Part shown: piece by piece, positions 29,501-43,900 of the stretch
How the letters are laid out: each line of letters starts with the position of its first letter
Position numbering within the stretch: position 1 is the stretch's first letter
From: Eledone cirrhosa
Taxonomy: Eukaryota
Assembly (NCBI GenBank): GCA_964016885.1
Contig: OZ024745.1
Span: forward strand, 65,286,001 to 65,350,000
DNA length: 64,000 nt
Direction of reading: 5' to 3'
Made by a program: the position numbers and the translations under genes
Notes under the pieces: generated by a model
Told to the model about the DNA's origin: nothing
The model's input: only the letters and a program-made list of their open reading frames with translations
The model's database searches: none

Positions 29501-32500
29501 GTGATCCATTTTTATTTGGGTGATCCATTTTTTTTATTTGGGGATCCATTTTTTATTTGGGTGATTCATTTTTTATTTGGGGGATCCATTTTTTATTTGG
29601 GTAATCCATTTTTTTTATTTGGGGGTCCATTTTTTATTTGGGTGATCCATTTTTTATTTGGATGATCCATTTTTTAATTGGGTGATCCATTTTTATTTGG
29701 GTGATCCATTTTTTACTTGGGGGATGCATTTTTTATTTGGGTGATCCATTTTTTATTTTGCTGATTCATTTTTTATTTGGGTGATCCATTTTTTATTTGG
29801 GGGATCCATTTTTTATTTGGGTGAACCATTTTTTATTTGGGAGATCCATTTTTTATTTGGGTGATCCATTTTTTATTTGGGTGATCCATTTTTTATTTGG
29901 GGGATCCATTTTTTATTTGGGTGATCCATTTTTTATTTGGGTGATCCATTTTTTATTTGGGGGATCCATTTTTTATTTGGGGGATCCATTTTTTATTTGG
30001 GTGATCCATTTTTATTTGGAGATCCATTTTGTATTTGGGGGATCCATTTTTATTTGGGTGATCCATTTTTTATTTGGGGGATCCATTTTTTATTTGGGTG
30101 ATCCCTTTTTTATTTGGGGGATCCATTTTTTATTTGGGTGATCCATTTTTTATTTGGGGGATCCATTTTTTATTTGGGGGATTCATTTTTTATTTGGGTG
30201 ATCCATTTTTTATTAGGGGGATCCATTTTTTATTTGGGTGATCCATTTTTATTTGGAGATCCATTTTTTATTTAGGTGATCCATTTTATAATTGGGTGAT
30301 CCATTTTTTATTTGGGGGATCCATTTTTTATTTGGAGGATCCATTATTTATTTGGGTGATCCATTTTTTATTTGGGTGATCCATTTTTTATTTGGGTGAT
30401 CCATTTTTTATTTGGGTTGATCCCTTTTTTATTTGGGGGATCCATTTTTTATTTGGGTGATCCATTTTTTATTTTGGGGATCCATTTTTTATTTGGGTGA
30501 TCCATTTTTTATTTGGGTGATCCATTTTTTATTTGGGGGATCCATTTTTTATTTGGGTGATCCATTTTTTATTTGGGTGATCCATTTTTTATTTGAGGGA
30601 CCCATTTTATATTTGGGTGATCCATTTTTTATTTGGGTGATCCATTTTTTATTTGGGGGATTCATTTTTTATTTGGGGGATCCATTTTTTATTTGGGGGA
30701 TCCATTTTTTATTTGGGGGATCCATTTTTTATTTCGGGGATCCATTTTTTATTTGGGTGATTCATTTTTTATTTGGGGGATCCATTTTTTATTTGGGTGA
30801 TCCATTTTTTTTATTTGGGGGTCCATTTTTTATTTGGGTGATCCATTTTTTATTTGGGTTATCCATTTTTTAATTGGGTGATCCATTTTTATTTGGTTGA
30901 TCCATTTTTTACTTGGGGGATCCATTTTTTATTTGGGTGATCCATTTTTTATTTTGCTGATTCATTTTTTATTTGGGTGATGCATTTTTTATTTGGAGGA
31001 TCCATTTTTTATTTGGGTGAACCATTTTTTATTTGGGTGATCCATTTTTTATTTGGGTGATCCATTTTTTATTTGGGTGATCCATTTTTTATTTGGGTGA
31101 TCCATTTTTTATTTGGGTGATACATTTTTTATTTGGGGGATCCATTTTTTATTTGGGTGATCCATTTTTTATTTGGGTGATCCATTTTTTATTTGAGGGA
31201 TCCATTTTATATTTGGGTGATCCATTTTTTATTTGGGTGATCCATTTTTTATTTGGGGGATCCATTTTTTATTTGGGGGATCCATTTTTTATTTGGGGGA
31301 TCCATTTTTTATTTGGGGGATCCATTTTTTATTTCGGGGATCCATTTTTTATTTGGGTGATTCATTTTTTATTTGGGGGATCCATTTTTTATTTGGGTGA
31401 TCCATTTTTTTAATTTGGGGGTCCATTTTTTATTTGGGTGATCCATTTTTTATTTGGGTGATCCATTTTTTAATTGGGTGATCCATTTTTATTTGGGTGA
31501 TCCATTTTTTACTTGGGGGATCAATTTTTTATTTGGGTGATCCATTTTTTATTTTGCTGATTCATTTTTTATTTGGGTGATCCATTTTTTATTTGGGGGA
31601 TCCATTTTTTATTTGGGTGAACCATTTTTTATTTGGGGGATCCATTTTTTATTTGGGTGATCCATTTTTTATTTGGGTGATCCATTTTTTATTTGGGGGA
31701 TCCATTTTTTATTTGGGTGATCCATTTTTTATTTGGGTGATCCATTTTTTATTTGGGTGATCCATTTTTTATTTGGGGGATCCATTTTTTATTTGGGTGA
31801 TCCTTTTTTATTTGGAGATCCATTTTGTATTTGGGTGATCCATTTTTTAATTGGGTGATCCATTTTTTATTTGGGTGATCCATTTTTATTTGGGGGATCC
31901 ATTTTTTATTTGGGTGATCCATTTTTTATTTGGGTGGTCCATTTTTTATTTGGGTGATCCATTTTTTATTTGGGGGATCCATTTTTTATTTGGGGGATCC
32001 ATTTTTTATTTGGGGGATCCATTTTTTATTTGGGTGATCCATTTTTTATTTGGGTGATCCATTTTTTATTTGGGGGATGCATTTTTTATTTGGGTGATCC
32101 ATTTTTTATTTGGGGGGTCCATTTTTTATTTGGGGGATCCATTTTTATTTGGGTGATCCATTTTTTATTTGGGGGATCCATTTTTTATTTGGGTGATCCC
32201 TTTTTTATTTGGGGGATCCATTTTTTATTTGGGTGATCCATTTTTTATTTGGGGGATCCATTTTTTATTTGGGGGATTCATTTTTTATTTGGGTGATCCA
32301 TTTTTTATTAGGGGGATCCATTTTTTATTTGGGTGATCCATTTTTATTTGGAGATCCATTTTTTATTTAGGTGATCCATTTTATAATTGGGTGATCCATT
32401 TTTTATTTGGGGGATCCATTTTTTATTTGGAGGATCCATTATTTATTTGGGTGATCCATTTTTTATTTGGGTGATCCATTTTTTATTTGGGTGATCCATT

Positions 32501-35500
32501 TTTTATTTGGGTTGATCCCTTTTTTATTTGGGGGATCCATTTTTTATTTGGGTGATCCATTTTTTATTTTGGGGATCCATTTTTTATTTGGGTGATCCAT
32601 TTTTTATTTGGGTGATCCATTTTTTATTTGGGGGATCCATTTTTTATTTGGGTGATCCATTTTTTATTTGGGTGATCCATTTTTTATTTGAGGGACCCAT
32701 TTTATATTTGGGTGATCCATTTTTTATTTGGGTGATCCATTTTTTATTTGGGGGATTCATTTTTTATTTGGGGGATCCATTTTTTATTTGGGGGATCCAT
32801 TTTTTATTTGGGGGATCCATTTTTTATTTCGGGGATCCATTTTTTATTTGGGTGATTCATTTTTTATTTGGGGGATCCATTTTTATTTGGGTGATCCATT
32901 TTTTTTATTTGGGGGTCCATTTTTTATTTGGGTGATCCATTTTTTATTTGGGTGATCCATTTTTTAATTGGGTGATCCATTTTTATTTGGGTGATCCATT
33001 TTTTACTTGGGGGATCCATTTTTTATTTGGGTGATCCATTTTTTATTTACTGATTCATTTTTTATTTGGGTGATCCATTTTTTATTTGGAGGATCCATTT
33101 TTTATTTGGGTGAACCATTTTTTATTTGGGGGATCCATTTTTTATTTGGGTGATCCATTTTTTATTTGGGTGATCCATTTTTTATTTGGGGGATCCATGT
33201 TTTATTTGGGTGATCCATTTTTTATTTGGGTGATCCATTTTTTATTTGGGGGATCCATTTTTTATTTGGGGGATCCATTTTTTATTTGGGTGATCCATTT
33301 TTATTTGGAGATCCATTTTGTATTTGGGTGATCCATTTTGTATTTGGGGGATCCATTTTTTAATTGGGTGATCCATTTTTTATTTGGGGGATCCATTTTT
33401 TATTTGGGGGATCCATTTTTTATTTGGGGGATGCATTGTTTATTTGGGTGATCCATTTTTTATTTGGGTGATCCATTTTTTATTTGGGGGATCCATTTTT
33501 TATTTGGGGGATCCATTTTTTATTTGGGTGATCCATTTTTTATTTGGGTGATCCATTTTTTATTTGGGGGATCCATTTTTTATTTGGGGGATCCATTTTT
33601 TATTTGGTTGATCCATTTTTTATTAGGGGGATCCATATTTTATTTGCGTGATCCATTTTAATTTGGAGATCCATTTTTTGTTTAGGTGATCCATTTTATA
33701 ATTGGGTGATCCATTTTTTATTTGGGGGATCCATTTTTTATTTGGGGGATCCATTATTTATTTGGGTGATGCATTTTTTATTTGGGTGATCCATTTTTTA
33801 TTTGGGTGATCCATTTTTTATTTGGGTGATCCATTTTTTATTTGGGTGATCCATTTTTTATTTGGGGGATCCATTTTTTATTTGGGTGATCCATTTTTTA
33901 TTTGGGTGATCCATTTTTTATTTGAGGGATCCATTTTATATTTGGGTGATCCAATTTTTTATATGGGTGATCCATTTTTTATTTGGGGGATCCATTTTTT
34001 ATTTGGGGGATCCATTTTTTATTTGGGGGATCCATTTTTTATTTGGGGGATCCATTTTTTATTTCGGGGATCCATTTTTTATTTGGGTGATTCATTTTTT
34101 ATTTGGGGGATCCATTTTTTATTTGGGTAATCCATTTTTTTTATTTGGGGGTCCATTTTTTATTTGGGTGATCCATTTTTTATTTGGATGATCCATTTTT
34201 TAATTGGGTGATCCATTTTTATTTGGGTGATCCATTTTTTACTTGGGGGATGCATTTTTTATTTGGGTGATCCATTTTTTATTTTGCTGATTCATTTTTT
34301 ATTTGGGTGATCCATTTTTTATTTGGGGGATCCATTTTTTATTTGGGTGAACCATTTTTTATTTGGGAGATCCATTTTTTATTTGGGTGATCCATTTTTT
34401 ATTTGGGTGATCCATTTTTTATTTGGGGGATCCATTTTTTATTTGGGTGATCCATTTTTTATTTGGGTGATCCATTTTTTATTTGGGGGATCCATTTTTT
34501 ATTTGGGGGATCCATTTTTTATTTGGGTGATCCATTTTTATTTGGAGATCCATTTTGTATTTGGGGGATCCATTTTTATTTGGGTGATCCATTTTTTATT
34601 TGGGGGATCCATTTTTTATTTGGGTGATCCCTTTTTTATTTGGGGGATCCATTTTTTATTTGGGTGATCCATTTTTTATTTGGGGGATCCATTTTTTATT
34701 TGGGGGATTCATTTTTTATTTGGGTGATCCATTTTTTATTAGGGGGATCCATTTTTTATTTGGGTGATCCATTTTTATTTGGAGATCCATTTTTTATTTA
34801 GGTGATCCATTTTATAATTGGGTGATCCATTTTTTATTTGGGGGATCCATTTTTTATTTGGAGGATCCATTATTTATTTGGGTGATCCATTTTTTATTTG
34901 GGTGATCCATTTTTTATTTGGGTGATCCATTTTTTATTTGGGTTGATCCCTTTTTTATTTGGGGGATCCATTTTTTATTTGGGTGATCCATTTTTTATTT
35001 TGGGGATCCATTTTTTATTTGGGTGATCCATTTTTTATTTGGGTGATCCATTTTTTATTTGGGGGATCCATTTTTTATTTGGGTGATCCATTTTTTATTT
35101 GGGTGATCCATTTTTTATTTGAGGGACCCATTTTATATTTGGGTGATCCATTTTTTATTTGGGTGATCCATTTTTTATTTGGGGGATTCATTTTTTATTT
35201 GGGGGATCCATTTTTTATTTGGGGGATCCATTTTTTATTTGGGGGATCCATTTTTTATTTCGGGGATCCATTTTTTATTTGGGTGATTCATTTTTTATTT
35301 GGGGGATCCATTTTTTATTTGGGTGATCCATTTTTTTTATTTGGGGGTCCATTTTTTATTTGGGTGATCCATTTTTTATTTGGGTTATCCATTTTTTAAT
35401 TGGGTGATCCATTTTTATTTGGGTGATCCATTTTTTACTTGGGGGATCCATTTTTTATTTGGGTGATCCATTTTTTATTTTGCTGATTCATTTTTTATTT

Positions 35501-35560
35501 GGGTGATGCATTTTTTATTTGGAGGATCCATTTTTTATTTGGGTGAACCATTTTTTATTT
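26540..35560 (+). repeat. Tandem higher-order duplication, period 4,506-4,526 bp
   Basis: ORF pairs at offset 4506 (26587/31093 through 29316/33822), then 4526 (29797/34323, 30433/34959). Private variants gatcaatt (~27013/31519), ttactgattc (~28541/33047) and gcgtgatcc (~29140/33646). Confidence 0.92.
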
Positions 35561-38500
35561 GGGGGATCCATTTTTTATTTGGGTGATCCATTTTTTATTT
35601 GGGTGATCCATTTTTTATTTGGGGGATCCATGTTTTATTTGGGTGATCCATTTTTTATTTGGGTGATCCATTTTTTATTTGGGGGATCCATTTTTTATTT
35701 GGGGGATCCATTTTTTATTTGAGTGATCCATTTTTATTTGGAGATCCATTTTGTATTTGGGTGATCCATTTTGTATTTGGGGGATCCATTTTTTAATTGG
35801 GTGATCCATTTTTTATTTGGGGGATCCATTTTTTATTTGGGGGATCCATTTTTTATTTGGGGGATCCATTGTTTATTTGGGTGATCCATTTTTTATTTGG
35901 GTGATCCATTTTTTATTTGGGGGATCCATTTTTTATTTGGGGGATCCATTTTTTATTTGGGTGATCCATTTTTTATTTGGGTGATCCATTTTTTATTTGG
36001 GGGATCCATTTTTTATTTGGGGGATCCATTTTTTATTTGGTTGATCCATTTTTTATTAGGGGGATCCATATTTTATTTGGGTGATCCATTTTAATTTGGA
36101 GATCCATTTTTTGTTTAGGTGATCCATTTTATAATTGGGTGATCCATTTTTTATTTGGGGGATCCATTTTTTATTTGGGGGATCCATTATTTATTTGGGT
36201 GATGCATTTTTTATTTGGGTGATCCATTTTTTATTTGGGTGATCCATTTTTTATTTGGGGGATCCATTTTTTATTTGGGTGATCCATTTTTTATTTGGGT
36301 GATCCATTTTTTATTTTGCTGATTCATTTTTTATTTGGGTGATCCATTTTTTATTTGGGGGATCCATTTTTTATTTGGGTGAACCATTTTTTATTTGGGA
36401 GATCCATTTTTTATTTGGGTGATCCATTTTTTATTTGGGTGATCCATTTTTTATTTGGGGGATCCATTTTTTATTTGGGTGATCCATTTTTTATTTGGGT
36501 GATCCATTTTTTATTTGGGGGATCCATTTTTTATTTGGGGGATCCATTTTTTATTTGGGTGATCCATTTTTATTTGGAGATCCATTTTGTATTTGGGTGA
36601 TCCATTTTTTAATTGGGTGATCCATTTTTTATTTGGGTGATCCATTTTTTATTTGGGTGGTCCATTTTTTATTTGGGTGATCCATTTTTTATTTGGGGGA
36701 TCCATTTTTTATTTGGGTGATCTATTTTTTATTTGGGGATCCATTTTTTATTTGGGTGATCCATTTTTTATTTGGGTGATCCATTTTTTATTTGGGGGAT
36801 CCATTTTTTATTTGGGTGATCCATTTTTTATTTGGGGGGGTCCATTTTTTATTTGGGGGATCCATTTTTATTTGGGTGATCCATTTTTTATTTGGGGGAT
36901 CCATTTTTTATTTGGGTGATCCCTTTTTTATTTGGGGGATCCATTTTTTATTTGGGTGATCCATTTTTTATTTGGGGGATCCATTTTTTATTTGGGGGAT
37001 TCATTTTTTATTTGGGTGATCCATTTTTTATTAGGGGGATCCATTTTTTATTTGGGTGATCCATTTTTATTTGGAGATCCATTTTTTATTTAGGTGATCC
37101 ATTTTATAATTGGGTGATCCATTTTTTATTTGGGGGATCCATTTTTTATTTGGGGGATCCATTATTTATTTGGGTGATCCATTTTTTATTTGGGTGATCC
37201 ATTTTTTATTTGGGTGATCCATTTTTTATTTGGGTGATCCATTTTTTATTTGGGTGATCCATTTTTTATTTGGGGGATCCATTTTTTATTTGGGTGATCC
37301 ATTTTTTATTTGGGGGATCCATTTTTTATTTGGGTGATCCATTTTTTATTTGGGGGATCCATTTTTTATTTCGGGGATCCATTTTTTATTTGGGTGATTC
37401 ATTTTTTATTTGGGGGATCCATTTTTTATTTTGGGTGATCCATTTTTTATTAGGGGGATCCATTTTTTATTTGGGTGATCCATTTTTATTTGGAGATCCA
37501 TTTTTTATTTGGGGGATCCATTTTTTATTTGGGTGATCCATTTTTTATTTGAGGGATCCATTTTATATTTGGGTGATCCATTTTTTATTTGGGGGATCCA
37601 TTATTTATTTGGGTGATCCATTTTTTATTTGGGTGATCCATTTTTTATTTGGGGGATCCATTTTTTATTTGGGTGATCCATTTTTTATTTGGGTGATCCA
37701 TTTTTTATTTGAGGGATCCATTTTATATTTGGGTGATCCAATTTTTTATATGGGTGATCCATTTTTTATTTGGGGGATCCATTTTTTATTTGGGGGATCC
37801 ATTTTTTATTTGGGGGATCCATTTTTTATTTGGGGGATCCATTTTTTATTTCGGGGATCCATTTTTTATTTGGGTGATTCATTTTTTATTTGGGGGATCC
37901 ATTTTTTATTTGGGTAATCCATTTTTTTTATTTGGGGGTCCATTTTTTATTTGGGTGATCCATTTTTTATTTGGATGATCCATTTTTTAATTGGGTGATC
38001 CATTTTTATTTGGGTGATCCATTTTTTACTTGGGGGATGCATTTTTTATTTGGGTGATCCATTTTTTATTTTGCTGATTCATTTTTTATTTGGGTGATCC
38101 ATTTTTTATTTGGGGGATCCATTTTTTATTTGGGTGAACCATTTTTTATTTGGGAGATCCATTTTTTATTTGGGTGATCCATTTTTTATTTGGGTGATCC
38201 ATTTTTTATTTGGGGGATCCATTTTTTATTTGGGTGATCCATTTTTTATTTGGGTGATCCATTTTTTATTTGGGGGATCCATTTTTTATTTGGGGGATCC
38301 ATTTTTTATTTGGGTGATCCATTTTTATTTGGAGATCCATTTTGTATTTGGGGGATCCATTTTTATTTGGGTGATCCATTTTTTATTTGGGGGATCCATT
38401 TTTTATTTGGGTGATCCCTTTTTTATTTGGGGGATCCATTTTTTATTTGGGTGATCCATTTTTTATTTGGGGGATCCATTTTTTATTTGGGGGATTCATT

Positions 38501-41280
38501 TTTTATTTGGGTGATCCATTTTTTATTAGGGGGATCCATTTTTTATTTGGGTGATCCATTTTTATTTGGAGATCCATTTTTTATTTAGGTGATCCATTTT
38601 ATAATTGGGTGATCCATTTTTTATTTGGGGGATCCATTTTTTATTTGGAGGATCCATTATTTATTTGGGTGATCCATTTTTTATTTGGGTGATCCATTTT
38701 TTATTTGGGTGATCCATTTTTTATTTGGGTTGATCCCTTTTTTATTTGGGGGATCCATTTTTTATTTGGGTGATCCATTTTTTATTTTGGGGATCCATTT
38801 TTTATTTGGGTGATCCATTTTTTATTTGGGTGATCCATTTTTTATTTGGGGGATCCATTTTTTATTTGGGTGATCCATTTTTTATTTGGGTGATCCATTT
38901 TTTATTTGAGGGACCCATTTTATATTTGGGTGATCCATTTTTTATTTGGGTGATCCATTTTTTATTTGGGGGATTCATTTTTTATTTGGGGGATCCATTT
39001 TTTATTTGGGGGATCCATTTTTTATTTGGGGGATCCATTTTTTATTTCGGGGATCCATTTTTTATTTGGGTGATTCATTTTTTATTTGGGGGATCCATTT
39101 TTTATTTGGGTGATCCATTTTTTTTATTTGGGGGTCCATTTTTTATTTGGGTGATCCATTTTTTATTTGGGTGATTCATTTTTTAATTGGGTGATCCATT
39201 TTTATTTGGGTGATCCATTTTTTACTTGGGGGATCCATTTTTTATTTGGGTGATCCATTTTTTATTTTGCTGATTCATTTTTTATTTGGGTGATCCATTT
39301 TTTATTTGGAGGATCCATTTTTTATTTGGGTGAACCATTTTTTATTTGGGGGATCCATTTTTTATTTGGGTGATCCATTTTTTATTTGGGTGATCCATTT
39401 TTTATTTGGGGGATCCATGTTTTATTTGGGTGATCCATTTTTTATTTGGGTGATCCATTTTTTATTTGGGGGATCCATTTTTTATTTGGGGGATCCATTT
39501 TTTATTTGAGTGATCCATTTTTATTTGGAGATCCATTTTGTATTTGGGTGATCCATTTTGTATTTGGGGGATCCATTTTTTAATTGGGTGATCCATTTTT
39601 TATTTGGGGGATCCATTTTTTATTTGGGGGATCCATTTTTTATTTGGGGGATCCATTGTTTATTTGGGTGATCCATTTTTTATTTGGGTGATCCATTTTT
39701 TATTTGGGGGATCCATTTTTTATTTGGGGGATCCATTTTTTATTTGGGTGATCCATTTTTTATTTGGCTGATCCATTTTTTATTTGGGGGATCCATTTTT
39801 TATTTGGGGGATCCATTTTTTATTTGGTTGATCCATTTTTTATTAGGGGGATCCATATTTTATTTGGGTGATCCATTTTAATTTGGAGATCCATTTTTTG
39901 TTTAGGTGATCCATTTTATAATTGGGTGATCCATTTTTTATTTGGGGGATCCATTTTTTATTTGGGGGATCCATTATTTATTTGGGTGATGCATTTTTTA
40001 TTTGGGTGATCCATTTTTTATTTGGGTGATCCATTTTTTATTTGGGGGATCCATTTTTTATTTGGGTGATCCATTTTTTATTTGGGTGATCCATTTTTTA
40101 TTTTGCTGATTCATTTTTTATTTGGGTGATCCATTTTTTATTTGGGGGATCCATTTTTTATTTGGGTGAACCATTTTTTATTTGGGAGATCCATTTTTTA
40201 TTTGGGTGATCCATTTTTTATTTGGGTGATCCATTTTTTATTTGGGGGATCCATTTTTTATTTGGGTGATCCATTTTTTATTTGGGTGATCCATTTTTTA
40301 TTTGGGGGATCCATTTTTTATTTGGGGGATCCATTTTTTATTTGGGTGATCCATTTTTATTTGGAGATCCATTTTGTATTTGGGTGATCCATTTTTTAAT
40401 TGGGTGATCCATTTTTTATTTGGGTGATCCATTTTTTATTTGGGTGGTCCATTTTTTATTTGGGTGATCCATTTTTTATTTGGGGGATCCATTTTTTATT
40501 TGGGTGATCTATTTTTTATTTGGGGATCCATTTTTTATTTGGGTGATCCATTTTTTATTTGGGTGATCCATTTTTTATTTGGGGGATCCATTTTTTATTT
40601 GGGTGATCCATTTTTTATTTGGGGGGGTCCATTTTTTATTTGGGGGATCCATTTTTATTTGGGTGATCCATTTTTTATTTGGGGGATCCATTTTTTATTT
40701 GGGTGATCCCTTTTTTATTTGGGGGATCCATTTTTTATTTGGGTGATCCATTTTTTATTTGGGGGATCCATTTTTTATTTGGGGGATTCATTTTTTATTT
40801 GGGTGATCCATTTTTTATTAGGGGGATCCATTTTTTATTTGGGTGATCCATTTTTATTTGGAGATCCATTTTTTATTTAGGTGATCCATTTTATAATTGG
40901 GTGATCCATTTTTTATTTGGGGGATCCATTTTTTATTTGGGGGATCCATTATTTATTTGGGTGATCCATTTTTTATTTGGGTGATCCATTTTTTATTTGG
41001 GTGATCCATTTTTTATTTGGGTGATCCATTTTTTATTTGGGTGATCCATTTTTTATTTGGGGGATCCATTTTTTATTTGGGTGATCCATTTTTTATTTGG
41101 GGGATCCATTTTTTATTTGGGTGATCCATTTTTTATTTGGGGGATCCATTTTTTATTTCGGGGATCCATTTTTTATTTGGGTGACTCATTTTTTATTTGG
41201 GGGATCCATTATTTATTTTGGGTGATCCATTTTTTATTAGGGGGATCCATTTTTTATTTGGGTGATCCATTTTTATTTGT
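33830..41280 (+). repeat. Near-tandem higher-order duplication, period 3,787 bp
   Basis: ORF pairs at an exact 3787 offset: 33922/37709, 34323/38110, 34959/38746, 35519/39306, 35897/39684, 36355/40142, 36653/40440, 37270/41057. Variant gatctat at ~36719/40506. Confidence 0.92.
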
Positions 41281-43900
41281 AGATCCATTTTTTATTTGGG
41301 TGATCCATTTTTTAATTGGATGATCCATTTTTTATTTGGGGGATCCATTTTTTATTTGGGGGATCCATTATTTATTTGGGTGATCCATTTTTTATTTGGG
41401 TGATCCATTTTTTATTCGGGGGATCCATTTTTTATTTGGGTGATCCATTTTTTATTTGGGTGATCCATTTTTTAATTGGGGATCCATTTTTTATTTAGTT
41501 GATCCATTTTTTAATTGGGTGATACATTTTTTATATGGGGGATCCATTTTTTATTTGGGGGATCCATTTTTTATTTGGGGGATCCATTGTTTATTTGGGT
41601 GATCCATTTTTTATTTGGGTGATCCATTTTTTATTTGGGGGATCCATTTTGTATTTGGGTGATCCATTTTTTATTTGGGTGATCCATTTTTTATTTGGGT
41701 GATCCATTTTTTATTTGTGGGATCCATTTTTTATTTGGGTGATCCATTTTTTATTTGGGGGATCCTTTTTTTATTTGGGTGATCCATTTTTTATTTGGGT
41801 GATCCATTTTTTATTTGGGGGATCCATTTTTTATTTGGGTGATCCATTTTTTATTTGGGTGATCCATTTTTTATTTGGGGGATCCATTTTTTATTTGGGT
41901 GATCCATTTTTTATTTGGGGGATCCATTTTTTATTTGGGGGATCCATTTTTTATTTGGGTGATCCATTTTTTATATGGGTGATCCATTTTTTATTTGGGG
42001 GGATCCATTTTTAATTTGGGTGATCCATTTTTTATTTGGGGGATCCATTTTTTATTTGGGTGATCCATATTTTATTTGGGGGATCCATTTTTTATTTGGG
42101 TGATCCATTTTTTATTTGGGTGATCCATTTTTTAATTGGGTGATCCATTTTTTATTTGGGGGATCCATTTTTTATTTGGGTGATCCATTTTTTAGTTGGG
42201 TGGTCCATTTTTTATTTGGGTGATCCATTTTTTATTTGGGGGATCCATTTTTTATTTGGGTGATCCATTTTTTATTTGGGGATCCATTTTTTATTTGGGT
42301 GATCCATTTTTTATTTGGGTGATCCATTTTTTATTTGGGGGATCCATTTTTTATTTGGGTGATTCATTTTTTATTTGGGGGGTCCATTTTTTATTTGGGG
42401 GATCCATTTTTATTTGGGTGATCCATTTTTTATTTGGGGGATCCATTTTTTATTTGGGTGATCCATTTTTTATTTGGGTTGATCCCTTTTTTATTTGGGG
42501 GATCCATTTTTTATTTGGGTGATCCATTTTTTATTTGGGGGATCCATTTTTTATTTGGGTGATCCATTTTTTATTTGAGGGATCCATTTTATATTTGGGT
42601 GATCCATTTTTTATTTGGGGGATCCATTATTTATTTGGGTGATCCATTTTTTATTTGGGTGATCCATTTTTTATTTGGGTGATCCATTTTTTATTTGAGG
42701 GATCCATTTTATATTTGGGTGATCCATTTTTTATTTGGGGGATCCATTATTTATTTGGGTGATCCATTTTTTATTTGGGTGATCCATTTTTTATTTGGGT
42801 GATCCATTTTTTATTTGGGTGATACATTTTTTATTTGGGGGATCCATTTTTTATTTGGGTGATCCATTTTTTATTTGGGTGATCCATTTTTTATTTGAGG
42901 GATCCATTTTATATTTGGGTGATCCATTTTTTATTTGGGTGATCCATTTTTTATTTGGGGGATCCATTTTTTATTTGGGGGATCCATTTTTTATTTGGGG
43001 GATCCATTTTTTATTTGGGGGATCCATTTTTTATTTCGGGGATCCATTTTTTATTTGGGTGATTCATTTTTTATTTGGGGGATCCATTTTTTATTTGGGT
43101 GATCCATTTTTTTAATTTGGGGGTCCATTTTTTATTTGGGTGATCCATTTTTTATTTGGGTGATCCATTTTTTAATTGGGTGATCCATTTTTATTTGGGT
43201 GATCCATTTTTTACTTGGGGGATCCATTTTTTATTTGGGTGATCCATTTTTTATTTTGCTGATTCATTTTTTATTTGGGTGATCCATTTTTTATTTGGGG
43301 GATCCATTTTTTATTTGGGTGAACCATTTTTTATTTGGGGGATCCATTTTTTATTTGGGTGATCCATTTTTTATTTGGGTGATCCATTTTTTATTTGGGG
43401 GATCCATTTTTTATTTGGGTGATCCATTTTTTATTTGGGTGATCCATTTTTTATTTGGGTGATCCATTTTTTATTTGGGGGATCCATTTTTTATTTGGGG
43501 GATCCATTTTTTATTTGGGTGATCCATTTTTATTTGGAGATCCATTTTGTATTTGGGAGATCCATTTTTTAATTGGGTGATCCATTTTTTATTTGGGTGA
43601 TCCATTTTTTATTTGGGGGATCCATTTTTTATTTGGGTGATCCATTTTTTATTTGGGTGGTCCATTTTTTATTTGGGTGATCCATTTTTTATTTGGGGGA
43701 TCCATTTTTTATTTGGGTGATCCATTTTTTATTTGGGGATCCATTTTTTATTTGGGTGATCCATTTTTTATTTGGGTGATCCATTTTTTATTTGGGGGAT
43801 ACATTTTTTATTTGGGTGATCCATTTTTTATTTGGGGGGTCCATTTTTTATTTGGGGGATCCATTTTTATTTGGGTGATCCATTTTTTATTTGGGGGATC
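40100..43900 (+). repeat. Dispersed diverged copy of ~9740-13430 (offset ~30.4-30.5 kb)
   Basis: ORF pairs 9776/40142, 10074/40440, 10691/41057, 10950/41316 and 11830/42196 (offset 30366), then 13187/43653 (30466). The private variant gtatttgggagatcc is at ~13083 and ~43549. Confidence 0.75.

Noticed and set aside
42560-42800. Small local doublings (120 bp at ~42576/42696, 40 bp at ~48661/48701, 121 bp at ~19794/19914)
   Set aside because: Real, but routine slippage or unequal exchange products within a satellite with no separate significance.
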